Source of the DNA: an uncultured Clostridium sp.
GTDB lineage: Bacteria > Bacillota > Clostridia > Lachnospirales > Lachnospiraceae
Direction of reading: 5' to 3'
DNA: 64,000 bases
Assembly: GCA_947178445.1 (NCBI GenBank)
Contig: CAMWYJ010000002.1
Coordinates: forward strand, 96,479 to 160,478
The position numbers and the translations under genes were made by a program. Below are positions 45,435 to 54,170 of this stretch, piece after piece. The notes beneath the pieces were generated by a model. It searched no databases and was not told where the DNA came from. It saw only the letters and a program-made list of their open reading frames with translations. The first letter of the stretch is position 1. Each line of letters begins with the position of its first letter.

Positions 45435-46523
45435 CTAAAAATTGTTAATTACTCTAATAACTTGTTTTATTTCATCTTCTGACATTCCTACCCATAATGG
45501 TAGAGACAATTCAGATTCTGCTATATACTCAGAAACAGGAAAGTCGCCCCTTTTATAATTCAAATCTTTATATGCCTCCTGCAAATGAACAGGTATCGGA
45601 TAATGAATCTGTGTCATAATGCCATTCTTCTGCAAATATTCCTGTAATTGTTGGCGTTCATCACAAAAAACTGTAAAAACATGCCACACATTATCCTTTT
45701 CTGAATACTGAGGTAACTTCAGCTTTGGATTATGAATATGCTCTATATACATCTGCGCAATTCTGCATCTCTCCAAATTCCAAGCCTCCAAACAAGCAAG
45801 CTTAACTCTCAAAACTGCTGCCTGTATCTCGTCCATACGGGAATTAAATCCTGCATAAATATGATGATACTTTTTCATGGAACCATAATTGCGTAATGCT
45901 TTCGCTTTATTATATAGATTCTCATCATTGGTTGTAATGGCTCCTGCATCTCCCAATGCGCCAAGATTCTTACCTGGGTAAAAACTAAATCCCGCAGCAT
46001 CTCCAACTGATCCTGCCATTTGGTTGTCCCTCACTGCACCATGTGCCTGCGCAGCATCTTCTATTACAATTAAATTGTATCTTCTTGACACCTCATTAAT
46101 TGCATCCATATCTGCCATTCTTCCATACAGATGCACTGCAATAACTGCCTTTGTACGCTCTGTTATTTTTTCTTCAATTAACCCGGGATCCATATTACAG
46201 GTATCTTCACATACATCTACCAACACAGGGGTCGCCCCTGCATAAGACACCGCTAATGCAGTTGCAATAAAAGTATTGGCCGGAACAAGTACTTCATCAC
46301 CCTTTCCTATCCCATATGCCTCTAAAATAATATGTAATGCATCTAACCCATTACCAACACCTAAACAATACCTGACTCCTATATAATCAGCATACTCCTT
46401 TTCAAATCTTTCCAGCTCTTCACCGAGAATATACCAGCTATTATCCAAAACAGAATTAATTGCCTGATTCATTTTCTGTCGAATGGGTGCATTGAGTTTT
46501 TCTAAGTTCAAATACGGTATCAT
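45435..46523 (-). CDS. DegT/DnrJ/EryC1-family sugar aminotransferase (FdtB-like)
   Basis: [13 protein letters not shown] start (ATG at 46523) and the PLP-lysine block [15 protein letters not shown]. Confidence 0.85.
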   Translation of the reverse strand: MIPYLNLEKLNAPIRQKMNQAINSVLDNSWYILGEELERFEKEYADYIGVRYCLGVGNGLDALHIILEAYGIGKGDEVLVPANTFIATALAVSYAGATPVLVDVCEDTCNMDPGLIEEKITERTKAVIAVHLYGRMADMDAINEVSRRYNLIVIEDAAQAHGAVRDNQMAGSVGDAAGFSFYPGKNLGALGDAGAITTNDENLYNKAKALRNYGSMKKYHHIYAGFNSRMDEIQAAVLRVKLACLEAWNLERCRIAQMYIEHIHNPKLKLPQYSEKDNVWHVFTVFCDERQQLQEYLQKNGIMTQIHYPIPVHLQEAYKDLNYKRGDFPVSEYIAESELSLPLWVGMSEDEIKQVIRVINNF

Positions 46524-46527
46524 AAAA

Positions 46528-47340
46528 TCACTCTCCCATCCACATCGGCAAAAAATGTATAATACCATCTATGGCATCTTTATACTTCTTACATTTTAAT
46601 AATTCCTTTAATTGTGCATAAAAGAAAAACTTCCCTCTACTCTTTAAAAAAGATGAGTTATTTGATGTCCATAAGGATGTGCTGGAAATTCTATACCGTA
46701 CCAGCGTTTCATCTAACAGCACCACCTCATTTCCACTTACAATATAATTAAATAAAAACGGATAATCATCCAACATTGGATATCGAATATCGAATCCGCC
46801 AATCCCTTTAATATATTCTGTCAAATAAAAGTTACTTGCCGGTCCTGCTATAATATTCTCTATAATAATATTGTCATACTGCTCCTGCCATCCCATTTTA
46901 ATAATCTTATAACCTTTTTCAAAATACCGTTTCATTTCATTCACACGGGCGATATTGGAACCAAATGGCTCTACCTTGCAAAATACAGCATTTAGTGACT
47001 TCTCTTTTGCAAAATAATATTTTTTTTCAATTGCCTGCTCCAATAAAATATCATCTCCCGCTATTATCTGGATATATTTCCCCTGTGCCTGCCATATACC
47101 AATATTGCAATTCTTTGTCACTCCATGATTCTGTTTTGCTGAAAGTAATCTTGACTTCTCAAATCTTTTAGAGTTTGTCCGTAACCATTCTTTTACGATT
47201 TCAACCGTATTATCTGTTGAATGATCATCTGATACAATCAATTCCAAATTTTCATATGTTTGATTTTTGATACTTTCCAATGTTTCAATAATGGTTTTAC
47301 ATGAATTATATGTAACAACCACTACGCTAATAAGCTCCAC
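46528..47340 (-). CDS. Family 2 glycosyltransferase
   Basis: [28 protein letters not shown] motifs. Confidence 0.85.
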   Translation of the reverse strand: MELISVVVVTYNSCKTIIETLESIKNQTYENLELIVSDDHSTDNTVEIVKEWLRTNSKRFEKSRLLSAKQNHGVTKNCNIGIWQAQGKYIQIIAGDDILLEQAIEKKYYFAKEKSLNAVFCKVEPFGSNIARVNEMKRYFEKGYKIIKMGWQEQYDNIIIENIIAGPASNFYLTEYIKGIGGFDIRYPMLDDYPFLFNYIVSGNEVVLLDETLVRYRISSTSLWTSNNSSFLKSRGKFFFYAQLKELLKCKKYKDAIDGIIHFLPMWMGE

Positions 47341-47370
47341 TCATATCACCTGCCATTGTATAAAATTTCC

Positions 47371-47874
47371 CTATATTTCAAATACAACCTCTTCCAAAGA
47401 AATTACTGTAGTTTTTGTTTTCTTAGATAACAGCTCTTTTATCTCATCATATGCGAAAGTTGCTGTTACAACAATCACATCGACTGTTTCTATTTCATCA
47501 TCTATTGTAATCATTTTAAGTTCCGGATCAGTACAAACCGCATTTTGATCAATTGCATATCTTACCTCAATATTAGTCTGTTTTAAATCCTCATATAACC
47601 GGCTGCCCATTCCGCCCATTCCATATATGGCAATCGTTTTATATCCATTTCGTATAAAATATTCTTCCAATGACCGACCTTCCTGCTTTATTGCCATCCA
47701 TTGATTCAGCATATTATAATAACCCCTAAATTTATCAACATCCTTATTGGCAGTCTCTGCCAATTTTTTCACTGCTATTCCCATTATTGCTACACCACCA
47801 ATGAAACCTGCTGCTAATGATACTCCAAATCCCTTTTTCACTATTGATTTCCTCCTCTTTATCTTCTTTTCCAA
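47371..47874 (-). CDS. Membrane-anchored protein with a Rossmann-like domain, unknown function
   Basis: N-terminal TM, then TIAIYGMGGMGSRLYEDL. Similar in style to the N-terminus of the 630-aa protein at 58184-60076. Confidence 0.5.
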   Translation of the reverse strand: MEKKIKRRKSIVKKGFGVSLAAGFIGGVAIMGIAVKKLAETANKDVDKFRGYYNMLNQWMAIKQEGRSLEEYFIRNGYKTIAIYGMGGMGSRLYEDLKQTNIEVRYAIDQNAVCTDPELKMITIDDEIETVDVIVVTATFAYDEIKELLSKKTKTTVISLEEVVFEI

Positions 47875-48831
47875 TTATACTACTACAGTTCCGTACACAA
47901 TCCCACAAGAAAGCCCAACACCAAATCCACACAGTAATACCCTGTTTTTCCCATCCTGAAGCAATTCAGAGTTCACAGTAAGTGTTACCGGAATAGAAGC
48001 GCCAGCTGTATTACCATACTCTCCGTAAGATGTCAGTACTTTATCTCTATTCAGGCCACAAAAATCTGCTACATTGTCCACAATATACTTTTGTGCCTGA
48101 TGAAATACATAATAATCAATATCTTCATCCGTAAGCTTCGCCCGTTCCATAAATTCCTTCACATAGCCCACAACCTGACTAATTGTATAATGAAACACTT
48201 CCATACCATCCATGTGAAAATAATCGTTATGATCTTTCATAAATATTTTATCATACTTCTGTCCCATAGATTTCTGCATATAGAATATCTTATTATCTGG
48301 TACAACCTCAAGACCGGTTGCTGTTCCTGCGTCACTAAACATCATCTTTGACTGGATATCATCCTCTTTCAGGCATTGTGTTACCGTGTCTCCTACCAAC
48401 AAAAGCATCTTACTTCCTAATTCCATACTGGCCAACAGACTACTCACAATATGTAATCCTACTGTATATCCAGAACATCCCAGATTCACATCAAATACAA
48501 TACAGTTTTCCCCAATATCAAGCCGCTTCTGAATAATAAAGGCTGTTGACGGCATGACACAACTTGGAGTCTGCGTAATTAAAATAATTCCTCTAATCTC
48601 GTCTTTACTCCATTGTAATCTTGCAAGCAGACGCTTTGCAGCTTCCACACACATATCCTCAGCGGACTCGTCGTCTTCTGCCACGTAACACGATTGAATA
48701 CCTGTAAGTTTTATCTGACTTGCCACTTTACGCTCACCAAGCTGTTTATTATATTCACAATTATCAATTTTTCTTTTCGGAACTACTGTCTCAATTCCCC
48801 GGATTGCTATATTGTTATACTCGCTAAACAT
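47875..48831 (-). CDS. KASIII (FabH)-like 3-oxoacyl-ACP synthase/acyltransferase
   Basis: Cys-His-Asn triad contexts LGCSGY, VFHQAQ and YGNTAGASIP. Confidence 0.8.
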   Translation of the reverse strand: MFSEYNNIAIRGIETVVPKRKIDNCEYNKQLGERKVASQIKLTGIQSCYVAEDDESAEDMCVEAAKRLLARLQWSKDEIRGIILITQTPSCVMPSTAFIIQKRLDIGENCIVFDVNLGCSGYTVGLHIVSSLLASMELGSKMLLLVGDTVTQCLKEDDIQSKMMFSDAGTATGLEVVPDNKIFYMQKSMGQKYDKIFMKDHNDYFHMDGMEVFHYTISQVVGYVKEFMERAKLTDEDIDYYVFHQAQKYIVDNVADFCGLNRDKVLTSYGEYGNTAGASIPVTLTVNSELLQDGKNRVLLCGFGVGLSCGIVYGTVVV

Positions 48832-48875
48832 ATTTCACTCTCCGATTTTTCTTCCTATCCATCTACATTTCCTAT

Positions 48876-49622
48876 TTAGTATTCTATACCACCACTGACT
48901 ACAACTAATTCACCAGTCATAAATTTTGCATTATCTGATAATAAAAACTCTGCCAGATATGCTATTTGTTCTGCTTCTATAATTCCCAAAGGCTGCCATG
49001 TCTGTGCTGATTCCAGATAATTCTCAATCTCCTGAACTCCAACCATCAACATTGTCGTTTTTACACAGGCGGGAAGAATTGCATTCACTCGAATCTTTCT
49101 CCTCATAAATTCCTTTGACATCGTTTTGACTACAGAATTTACCGCTGCTTTTGAGGCCGAATACTGTGACTGACCTTTGCTATTAAGCACGGATGCAATA
49201 GAAGAAATTGCAACCAGGGAACTTCCGTCATTAGAATATTTTTTCATGGAAAAATACTTACCTAATTCAAACAATGCAAAACAATTTATTCTCATTGCCT
49301 GTTCCATTTCTTCAATATTATTTGTTTTTATCACACTAGTAAATGTAACACCGGCACAATGCACTAATCCATCTAACTTTAAGCTGTTTTCTTTACAATA
49401 GCGGAATATATCTTCCATATTTTCCAAATCCATTAAATCATATGAAAACGGAAAAATATGGTCAGGATTTTCCTGATGCAGCTTTTCCAGCCGCTCCTTA
49501 TTCCTTGCAACTGCTACAATCTTTGCCCCTGCCATGACCAACTGTTTCGTTATCGCCTCTCCAATGCCTGAAGTTGCTCCAGTCACTAATATTATTTTGC
49601 TGTCCATATTTGTATCTAACAT
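48876..49622 (-). CDS. SDR-family ketoreductase (FabG-like)
   Basis: VTGATSGIGEA and YSASKAA motifs. Confidence 0.85.
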   Translation of the reverse strand: MLDTNMDSKIILVTGATSGIGEAITKQLVMAGAKIVAVARNKERLEKLHQENPDHIFPFSYDLMDLENMEDIFRYCKENSLKLDGLVHCAGVTFTSVIKTNNIEEMEQAMRINCFALFELGKYFSMKKYSNDGSSLVAISSIASVLNSKGQSQYSASKAAVNSVVKTMSKEFMRRKIRVNAILPACVKTTMLMVGVQEIENYLESAQTWQPLGIIEAEQIAYLAEFLLSDNAKFMTGELVVVSGGIEY

Positions 49623-49692
49623 ATCACATTCCCCATTCTATCATCCACATATAACGCAGTCCTCATTGGCATTGACAAATGCCTATACTTCT

Positions 49693-50709
49693 TTAATATG
49701 AATAGATCCGATCCGTCTCTAACATTTTCAAACACATATTGCTATCAATGCTCATATATACTGCACTCCATGCCAGTCCCACTCCAAATCCACACATTAA
49801 TACCCTTGCTCCATCCACAAATTTATCTTGATTAATACACATTGTTAATGGAATAGATGCACTGGAAGTATTACCATAATCCTTATAGGAAACCAGCATC
49901 TTTTCGTCAGGAATATTCATTATATCTTTCATATTATCTAAAATCATTTTCTGAGCCTGATGAAAAACATAATAGTCAATATCTTCATCCGTTATATGTA
50001 TATCACTCATAAACTTCTGAATGCTATCCACCACATCATTAATTGCAAATGAAAAAACAGCATCCCCTTTCATCCTTGGCAACTGTCCAAACGCTTTGCT
50101 AATATCCATACAACCTTCTGCATTTACATATTGCATACCATATATCTTGGGTGCATCAGATTTTTCTATGGCAGTCGCAGATATAGCAGACCCAAACAGC
50201 AGCCAGTCAGAGATATGTTCCTCCCATTCTCCATTTTGCTTCCATTCAGGATTATATTTACAAAGATCTCCCGCCAGCAGGATTGCTCTGTCTCCAGTAT
50301 TCTGCAGCAAATTCGCTATCGTCTGAATCCCCGTTGTATAACCTGAACAGCCCAGATTAATATCAAATACTGTCATTTCTTTTTTAAAATGAAAGGCTTT
50401 GTGTACAAACATGGCCGTAGCAGGTAAAAACATGTCCTGAGATTGTGTGACTAATATGAGAATATCTATACTATCCGCACTCCAGCCTGTTTCATCCAAA
50501 AGCTGCCGGACTGCTTCAATTGCCAAATCAGAGGTTTTTTGTTCTCCCCAAATTACTCTTCTTCGTTCAATACCAGTGAGTTTAACATGTCTTTTAAGCT
50601 TCTTTTCACCCATAATCTCTGCATATTGAGCTTGGTTACATTCCTCCTCACATTCAGGTACCGCTGTTACAATCCCTTTAATTGCAATATCATCAAATAC
50701 AGTTAACAT
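49693..50709 (-). CDS. KASIII (FabH)-like 3-oxoacyl-ACP synthase/acyltransferase, second paralogue
   Basis: LGCSGY, VFHQAQ and YGNTSSASIP triad contexts. Confidence 0.8.
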   Translation of the reverse strand: MLTVFDDIAIKGIVTAVPECEEECNQAQYAEIMGEKKLKRHVKLTGIERRRVIWGEQKTSDLAIEAVRQLLDETGWSADSIDILILVTQSQDMFLPATAMFVHKAFHFKKEMTVFDINLGCSGYTTGIQTIANLLQNTGDRAILLAGDLCKYNPEWKQNGEWEEHISDWLLFGSAISATAIEKSDAPKIYGMQYVNAEGCMDISKAFGQLPRMKGDAVFSFAINDVVDSIQKFMSDIHITDEDIDYYVFHQAQKMILDNMKDIMNIPDEKMLVSYKDYGNTSSASIPLTMCINQDKFVDGARVLMCGFGVGLAWSAVYMSIDSNMCLKMLETDRIYSY

Positions 50710-50724
50710 GAAAACTATCCACCT

Positions 50725-50943
50725 TTACTCTAAATAATCACAAATATCCTTTACTGTCTGGAAACTCTTTAATTCCTCCACTGTAATGGACTTGTTGTAT
50801 AACTTTTTAATAGTGGCCATCAAAGATAATTTTGTAAGAGAATCCCATTCCTCAACATCCTCCAGATTTGCGTTGATATCTAATTCTCCCTCATCCAACT
50901 CCATTAAGTCCTCCAACAATACAATCTTTTCCTCTGTCGTCAT
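50725..50943 (-). CDS. Acyl carrier protein
   Basis: 72 aa and acidic, with an EWDSLTKLSL attachment motif. Confidence 0.8.
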   Translation of the reverse strand: MTTEEKIVLLEDLMELDEGELDINANLEDVEEWDSLTKLSLMATIKKLYNKSITVEELKSFQTVKDICDYLE

Positions 50944-51050
50944 AATAAATTCCTCGCTTTCTTATATTCTTCCATTTGACAAAACATCTCTATTAAATAA
51001 GCCAATGGATTATTTTAATATTTCTTTTCAATAGCACACCATAATATGCG

Positions 51051-51632
51051 TTATAGTACCAGCATATCTTCTAACGATTCTTCATCAATAAAGCTCCTCG
51101 CTATCTTTGCTATTCTACTGTTCTCATCCCACATCCGTAAAGGATAACTAAACTGGTACACATCATGTTTTACTCCATCTAATATCACATGATCTTTTAG
51201 AATTTTCTCTACTGTACCACCCATCCGGATCTGCATGTTCAATGCATCTTTATTGGTGTCAACAACCTCTGCACATATTTTCTCCACCTTCAAACATGTA
51301 TATTCAATGACACCAATCATATAATACATGATTGTTCCATATCCCATCATCTGATAAGTTTCATCAATCAAATAATTTCCATTCGTCACCGTATGCTCTT
51401 TTGGATTCACTTCATATTGAAACACACCAAATGGTTCATTATCTAAGAAAAAAACAAATAACCCTCTATTTGGATCCATTTTCAATTTATCTATATATTT
51501 TCTATGTTCCTCCTCTGTAATAATATGTGTTTGGAACATATTTCTACGGACAAATTCCTGATTTCTCCATATACGGATATCCGCTATTGTTTTCTCATCC
51601 AATCTATTCAACTCCACTGCTCTGAACTTCAT
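51051..51632 (-). CDS. pseH: GNAT acetyltransferase, PseH-like
   Basis: ATG at 51632 (MKFRAVEL) follows GGGGGGAG. IRIWRNQEFVRRNMFQTHIITEEEHRKYIDKL resembles the PseH N-terminal pattern. Lies directly downstream of pseI. Confidence 0.65.
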   Translation of the reverse strand: MKFRAVELNRLDEKTIADIRIWRNQEFVRRNMFQTHIITEEEHRKYIDKLKMDPNRGLFVFFLDNEPFGVFQYEVNPKEHTVTNGNYLIDETYQMMGYGTIMYYMIGVIEYTCLKVEKICAEVVDTNKDALNMQIRMGGTVEKILKDHVILDGVKHDVYQFSYPLRMWDENSRIAKIARSFIDEESLEDMLVL

Positions 51633-51646
51633 AGCTCCCCCCACTC

Positions 51647-52696
51647 TTATTCTACCATATTCCACGACAAGGGAGTGCCTTTTTTTAAGTCTGTACGGGC
51701 AGTACTTCCCAATATTTTATCGTAATACATCGTATGCAGCCCCTTTCCCGGACGAATCGACTTTATATTATCTGGTGTAAATTTTTCTCCTTTTTTCATA
51801 TCTTTTACTACGTACAAAGAGCGTGTTCCATTGCGGGCACCTTTCTGATTATCCGTTAACTCAAAGGTAGTTTTTCCCAGTGCGTCTTCCAAATTGCGAA
51901 TCTGCCGAATCATATCTGTAAATTCCTCTATTTCCATAGAAAATGCAGCATCCGGTCCTCCATCCTCCCTTTTGATTGTAACATGCTTTTCTATTATCTT
52001 TGCACCCAAGGCAACCGCCCCCAATGCAACTTCACTACCCAACGTATGGTCTGATAATCCTACCATACAATCAAATGTATTCTTCATCAATGGTATCGCC
52101 TTTAAATTCATATCCCCATAAGGACATGGATAAGCCGAAGTGCATTTCAGTAAAACGACATTTTCATTTCCCTCTTCCTTACAAACTGCTAAGGCTCTTT
52201 CTATATCCTCCAAATAAGCCGTACCTGTCGATATAATAACCGGTTTCCCTGTTCTGGCAATCCTTTGAAGCATCGGTATATCATTTATTTCATAAGATGC
52301 CACCTTAAATGCTGGCATGTTTATTTCACACATAAAATCAACTGCGGTCAAATCAAAGGGGGAAGAAAAACAGCTTAAGCCAAGACTATTCGCATATTTT
52401 ACTAAATCCTCCTGCCATTCCCACGGTGTATATGCTTTCTGATATAAACTATATAAAGTCTCTCCATCCCACAATCCACCATGTATTTGAAATTCAGGAT
52501 TATTACAATCTATTGTAATTGTATCTGCTGTATAGGTTTGCAGTTTCACTGCATCCGTACCAGAATCCTTTAACCGATATATAATTTCCTTTGCTCTATC
52601 AAAGCTCATCAAATGATTGGCTGACATTTCTGCAATAACATATACTGGTGAAGTCTCACTTATCATACGATTGTCAATGTGAATCTCTTTCTTCAA
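51647..52696 (-). CDS. pseI: Pseudaminic acid synthase (NeuB family with a SAF domain)
   Basis: IAEMSANH, KLQTY, VGLSDHT and C-terminal IRPG.GL SAF blocks. Its context with pseH, pseF, pseG, pseC and pseB argues for Pse rather than Neu or Leg. Confidence 0.85.
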   Translation of the reverse strand: MKKEIHIDNRMISETSPVYVIAEMSANHLMSFDRAKEIIYRLKDSGTDAVKLQTYTADTITIDCNNPEFQIHGGLWDGETLYSLYQKAYTPWEWQEDLVKYANSLGLSCFSSPFDLTAVDFMCEINMPAFKVASYEINDIPMLQRIARTGKPVIISTGTAYLEDIERALAVCKEEGNENVVLLKCTSAYPCPYGDMNLKAIPLMKNTFDCMVGLSDHTLGSEVALGAVALGAKIIEKHVTIKREDGGPDAAFSMEIEEFTDMIRQIRNLEDALGKTTFELTDNQKGARNGTRSLYVVKDMKKGEKFTPDNIKSIRPGKGLHTMYYDKILGSTARTDLKKGTPLSWNMVE

Positions 52697-52731
52697 CTAA
52701 ATGACCTCCCTGTTTCATAAAATTAAAATTT

Positions 52732-53412
52732 TTATGTAATCTCAAATCTATTAAGAATATTTTCTTTTCCATGTCCCGGAAAAACAATTGTATCTTTTGA
52801 AAGTCCTTCCAGAAATGGTTTTGTAATGAGCCGATACTCTTTTTTACTTCCTCCTGGCAATCTTGTAATAACGGCATTATCCGCTACAAGGCTATCTCCC
52901 GTAAACACATATTGTTCTTCCACCAATATACATATACTTCCTTTGGAATGACCTGGTGTTTCTATCAATTGAATATCTAGCCCCTGCCATTCAAAGCCAT
53001 ATCTTCCATCAAATCCGATATCTGCATAGCATGAATAATTTTCATCAAAAACTTCTTCCGCTATTCTTACTGTTTCTGCATCTTTGTCTATTAACAGGCT
53101 TTTAAAATATGCAGATAAATTTTTCAAAGGATCTGTTAAATATTCTTTTGCATGATTCCCACATAAAACAGTACAAGACCAATGCTCTCTAAAAAAATTC
53201 ACACCCGATATATGATCAAAATGTTCATGTGTCAATATGATCCATATTTCCTCAACTGTCTTCTGTTCCAAAAATTCTACCGCATCTTGACAAATATGAG
53301 GATCAATAATTAATGCAGATTTATTCTTAACGATTAAATACATATTAGAATTAATCGGTTCCAAAATATATTTATGTATTTCCAGTTCATTTACCTTGAA
53401 TTCACTTAACAT
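52732..53412 (-). CDS. MBL-fold metallo-hydrolase
   Basis: THEHFDH motif and downstream TPGHSKGS. Overlaps pseF by 11 nt. Confidence 0.8.
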   Translation of the reverse strand: MLSEFKVNELEIHKYILEPINSNMYLIVKNKSALIIDPHICQDAVEFLEQKTVEEIWIILTHEHFDHISGVNFFREHWSCTVLCGNHAKEYLTDPLKNLSAYFKSLLIDKDAETVRIAEEVFDENYSCYADIGFDGRYGFEWQGLDIQLIETPGHSKGSICILVEEQYVFTGDSLVADNAVITRLPGGSKKEYRLITKPFLEGLSKDTIVFPGHGKENILNRFEIT

Positions 53413-54109
53413 TTTCTGATACCATTATTTTATATTTCATTTCTGCAATCTGCCAGTCTTCTTCGTTATCTATATCCTGAACCTCTAATTCTGAAACAAT
53501 CAGCGGAAGGGATTTTTTAATTTTTACATCATTTAATACATTGTCTACCCTCATAACATAGAATTGTCCACAATCATGATAAACAGGCTCCAAGTCCTGA
53601 GAACGGCTGCTGGCATACTCTGGAAACTGGTACTGAAGAAAATTCTCCTGAATCACAAATGCTCTCTGTGGCGGAAAAGAAAAACGGACAACTGGCGTTA
53701 CTGCATCTGCATGCTCACTTTCCATCAATTCAACTGCCTCTTTAAGCTTCTTCGCTGTTACAAATGGTGCTGTCGGATAAATGCAAACTGCTATGTCAAA
53801 ATGCTGTCCCCGTTTTTCATATTCCGTAAATACTTCCTTCAATACATCATTCGTACCGGCATAATCATTTGAAGTTTCTTCACTCCGCATAAAAGGGACA
53901 TTTGCTCCAAACTTTCTTGCAATTTCTGCAATCTCTTCGTCATCCGTAGACACCATTACCTCATCAAACAAACCGGAAGCAAGTGCCGCTTCAATAGAAT
54001 ATTGTATAATGGGTTTGCCGCAAAACTCTTTAATATTTTTTCTTGGTATTCTTTTACTGCCTCCCCGGGCAGTAATTACTGCTATTGATTTACTCATATC
54101 TCCATTCAT
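53402..54109 (-). CDS. pseF: Pseudaminic acid cytidylyltransferase
   Basis: AVITARGGSKRIPRKNIKEFCGKPIIQYSIEAA..VSTDDEEIA is the CMP-nonulosonate synthetase signature. An alternative start at 54097 is possible. Confidence 0.8.
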   Translation of the reverse strand: MNGDMSKSIAVITARGGSKRIPRKNIKEFCGKPIIQYSIEAALASGLFDEVMVSTDDEEIAEIARKFGANVPFMRSEETSNDYAGTNDVLKEVFTEYEKRGQHFDIAVCIYPTAPFVTAKKLKEAVELMESEHADAVTPVVRFSFPPQRAFVIQENFLQYQFPEYASSRSQDLEPVYHDCGQFYVMRVDNVLNDVKIKKSLPLIVSELEVQDIDNEEDWQIAEMKYKIMVSENVK

Positions 54110-54170
54110 CCACCCTTTAAAACTATAGTCTTTCGGATTTTCCGGTTTTTATTTTCTGCAAATCTGATCA

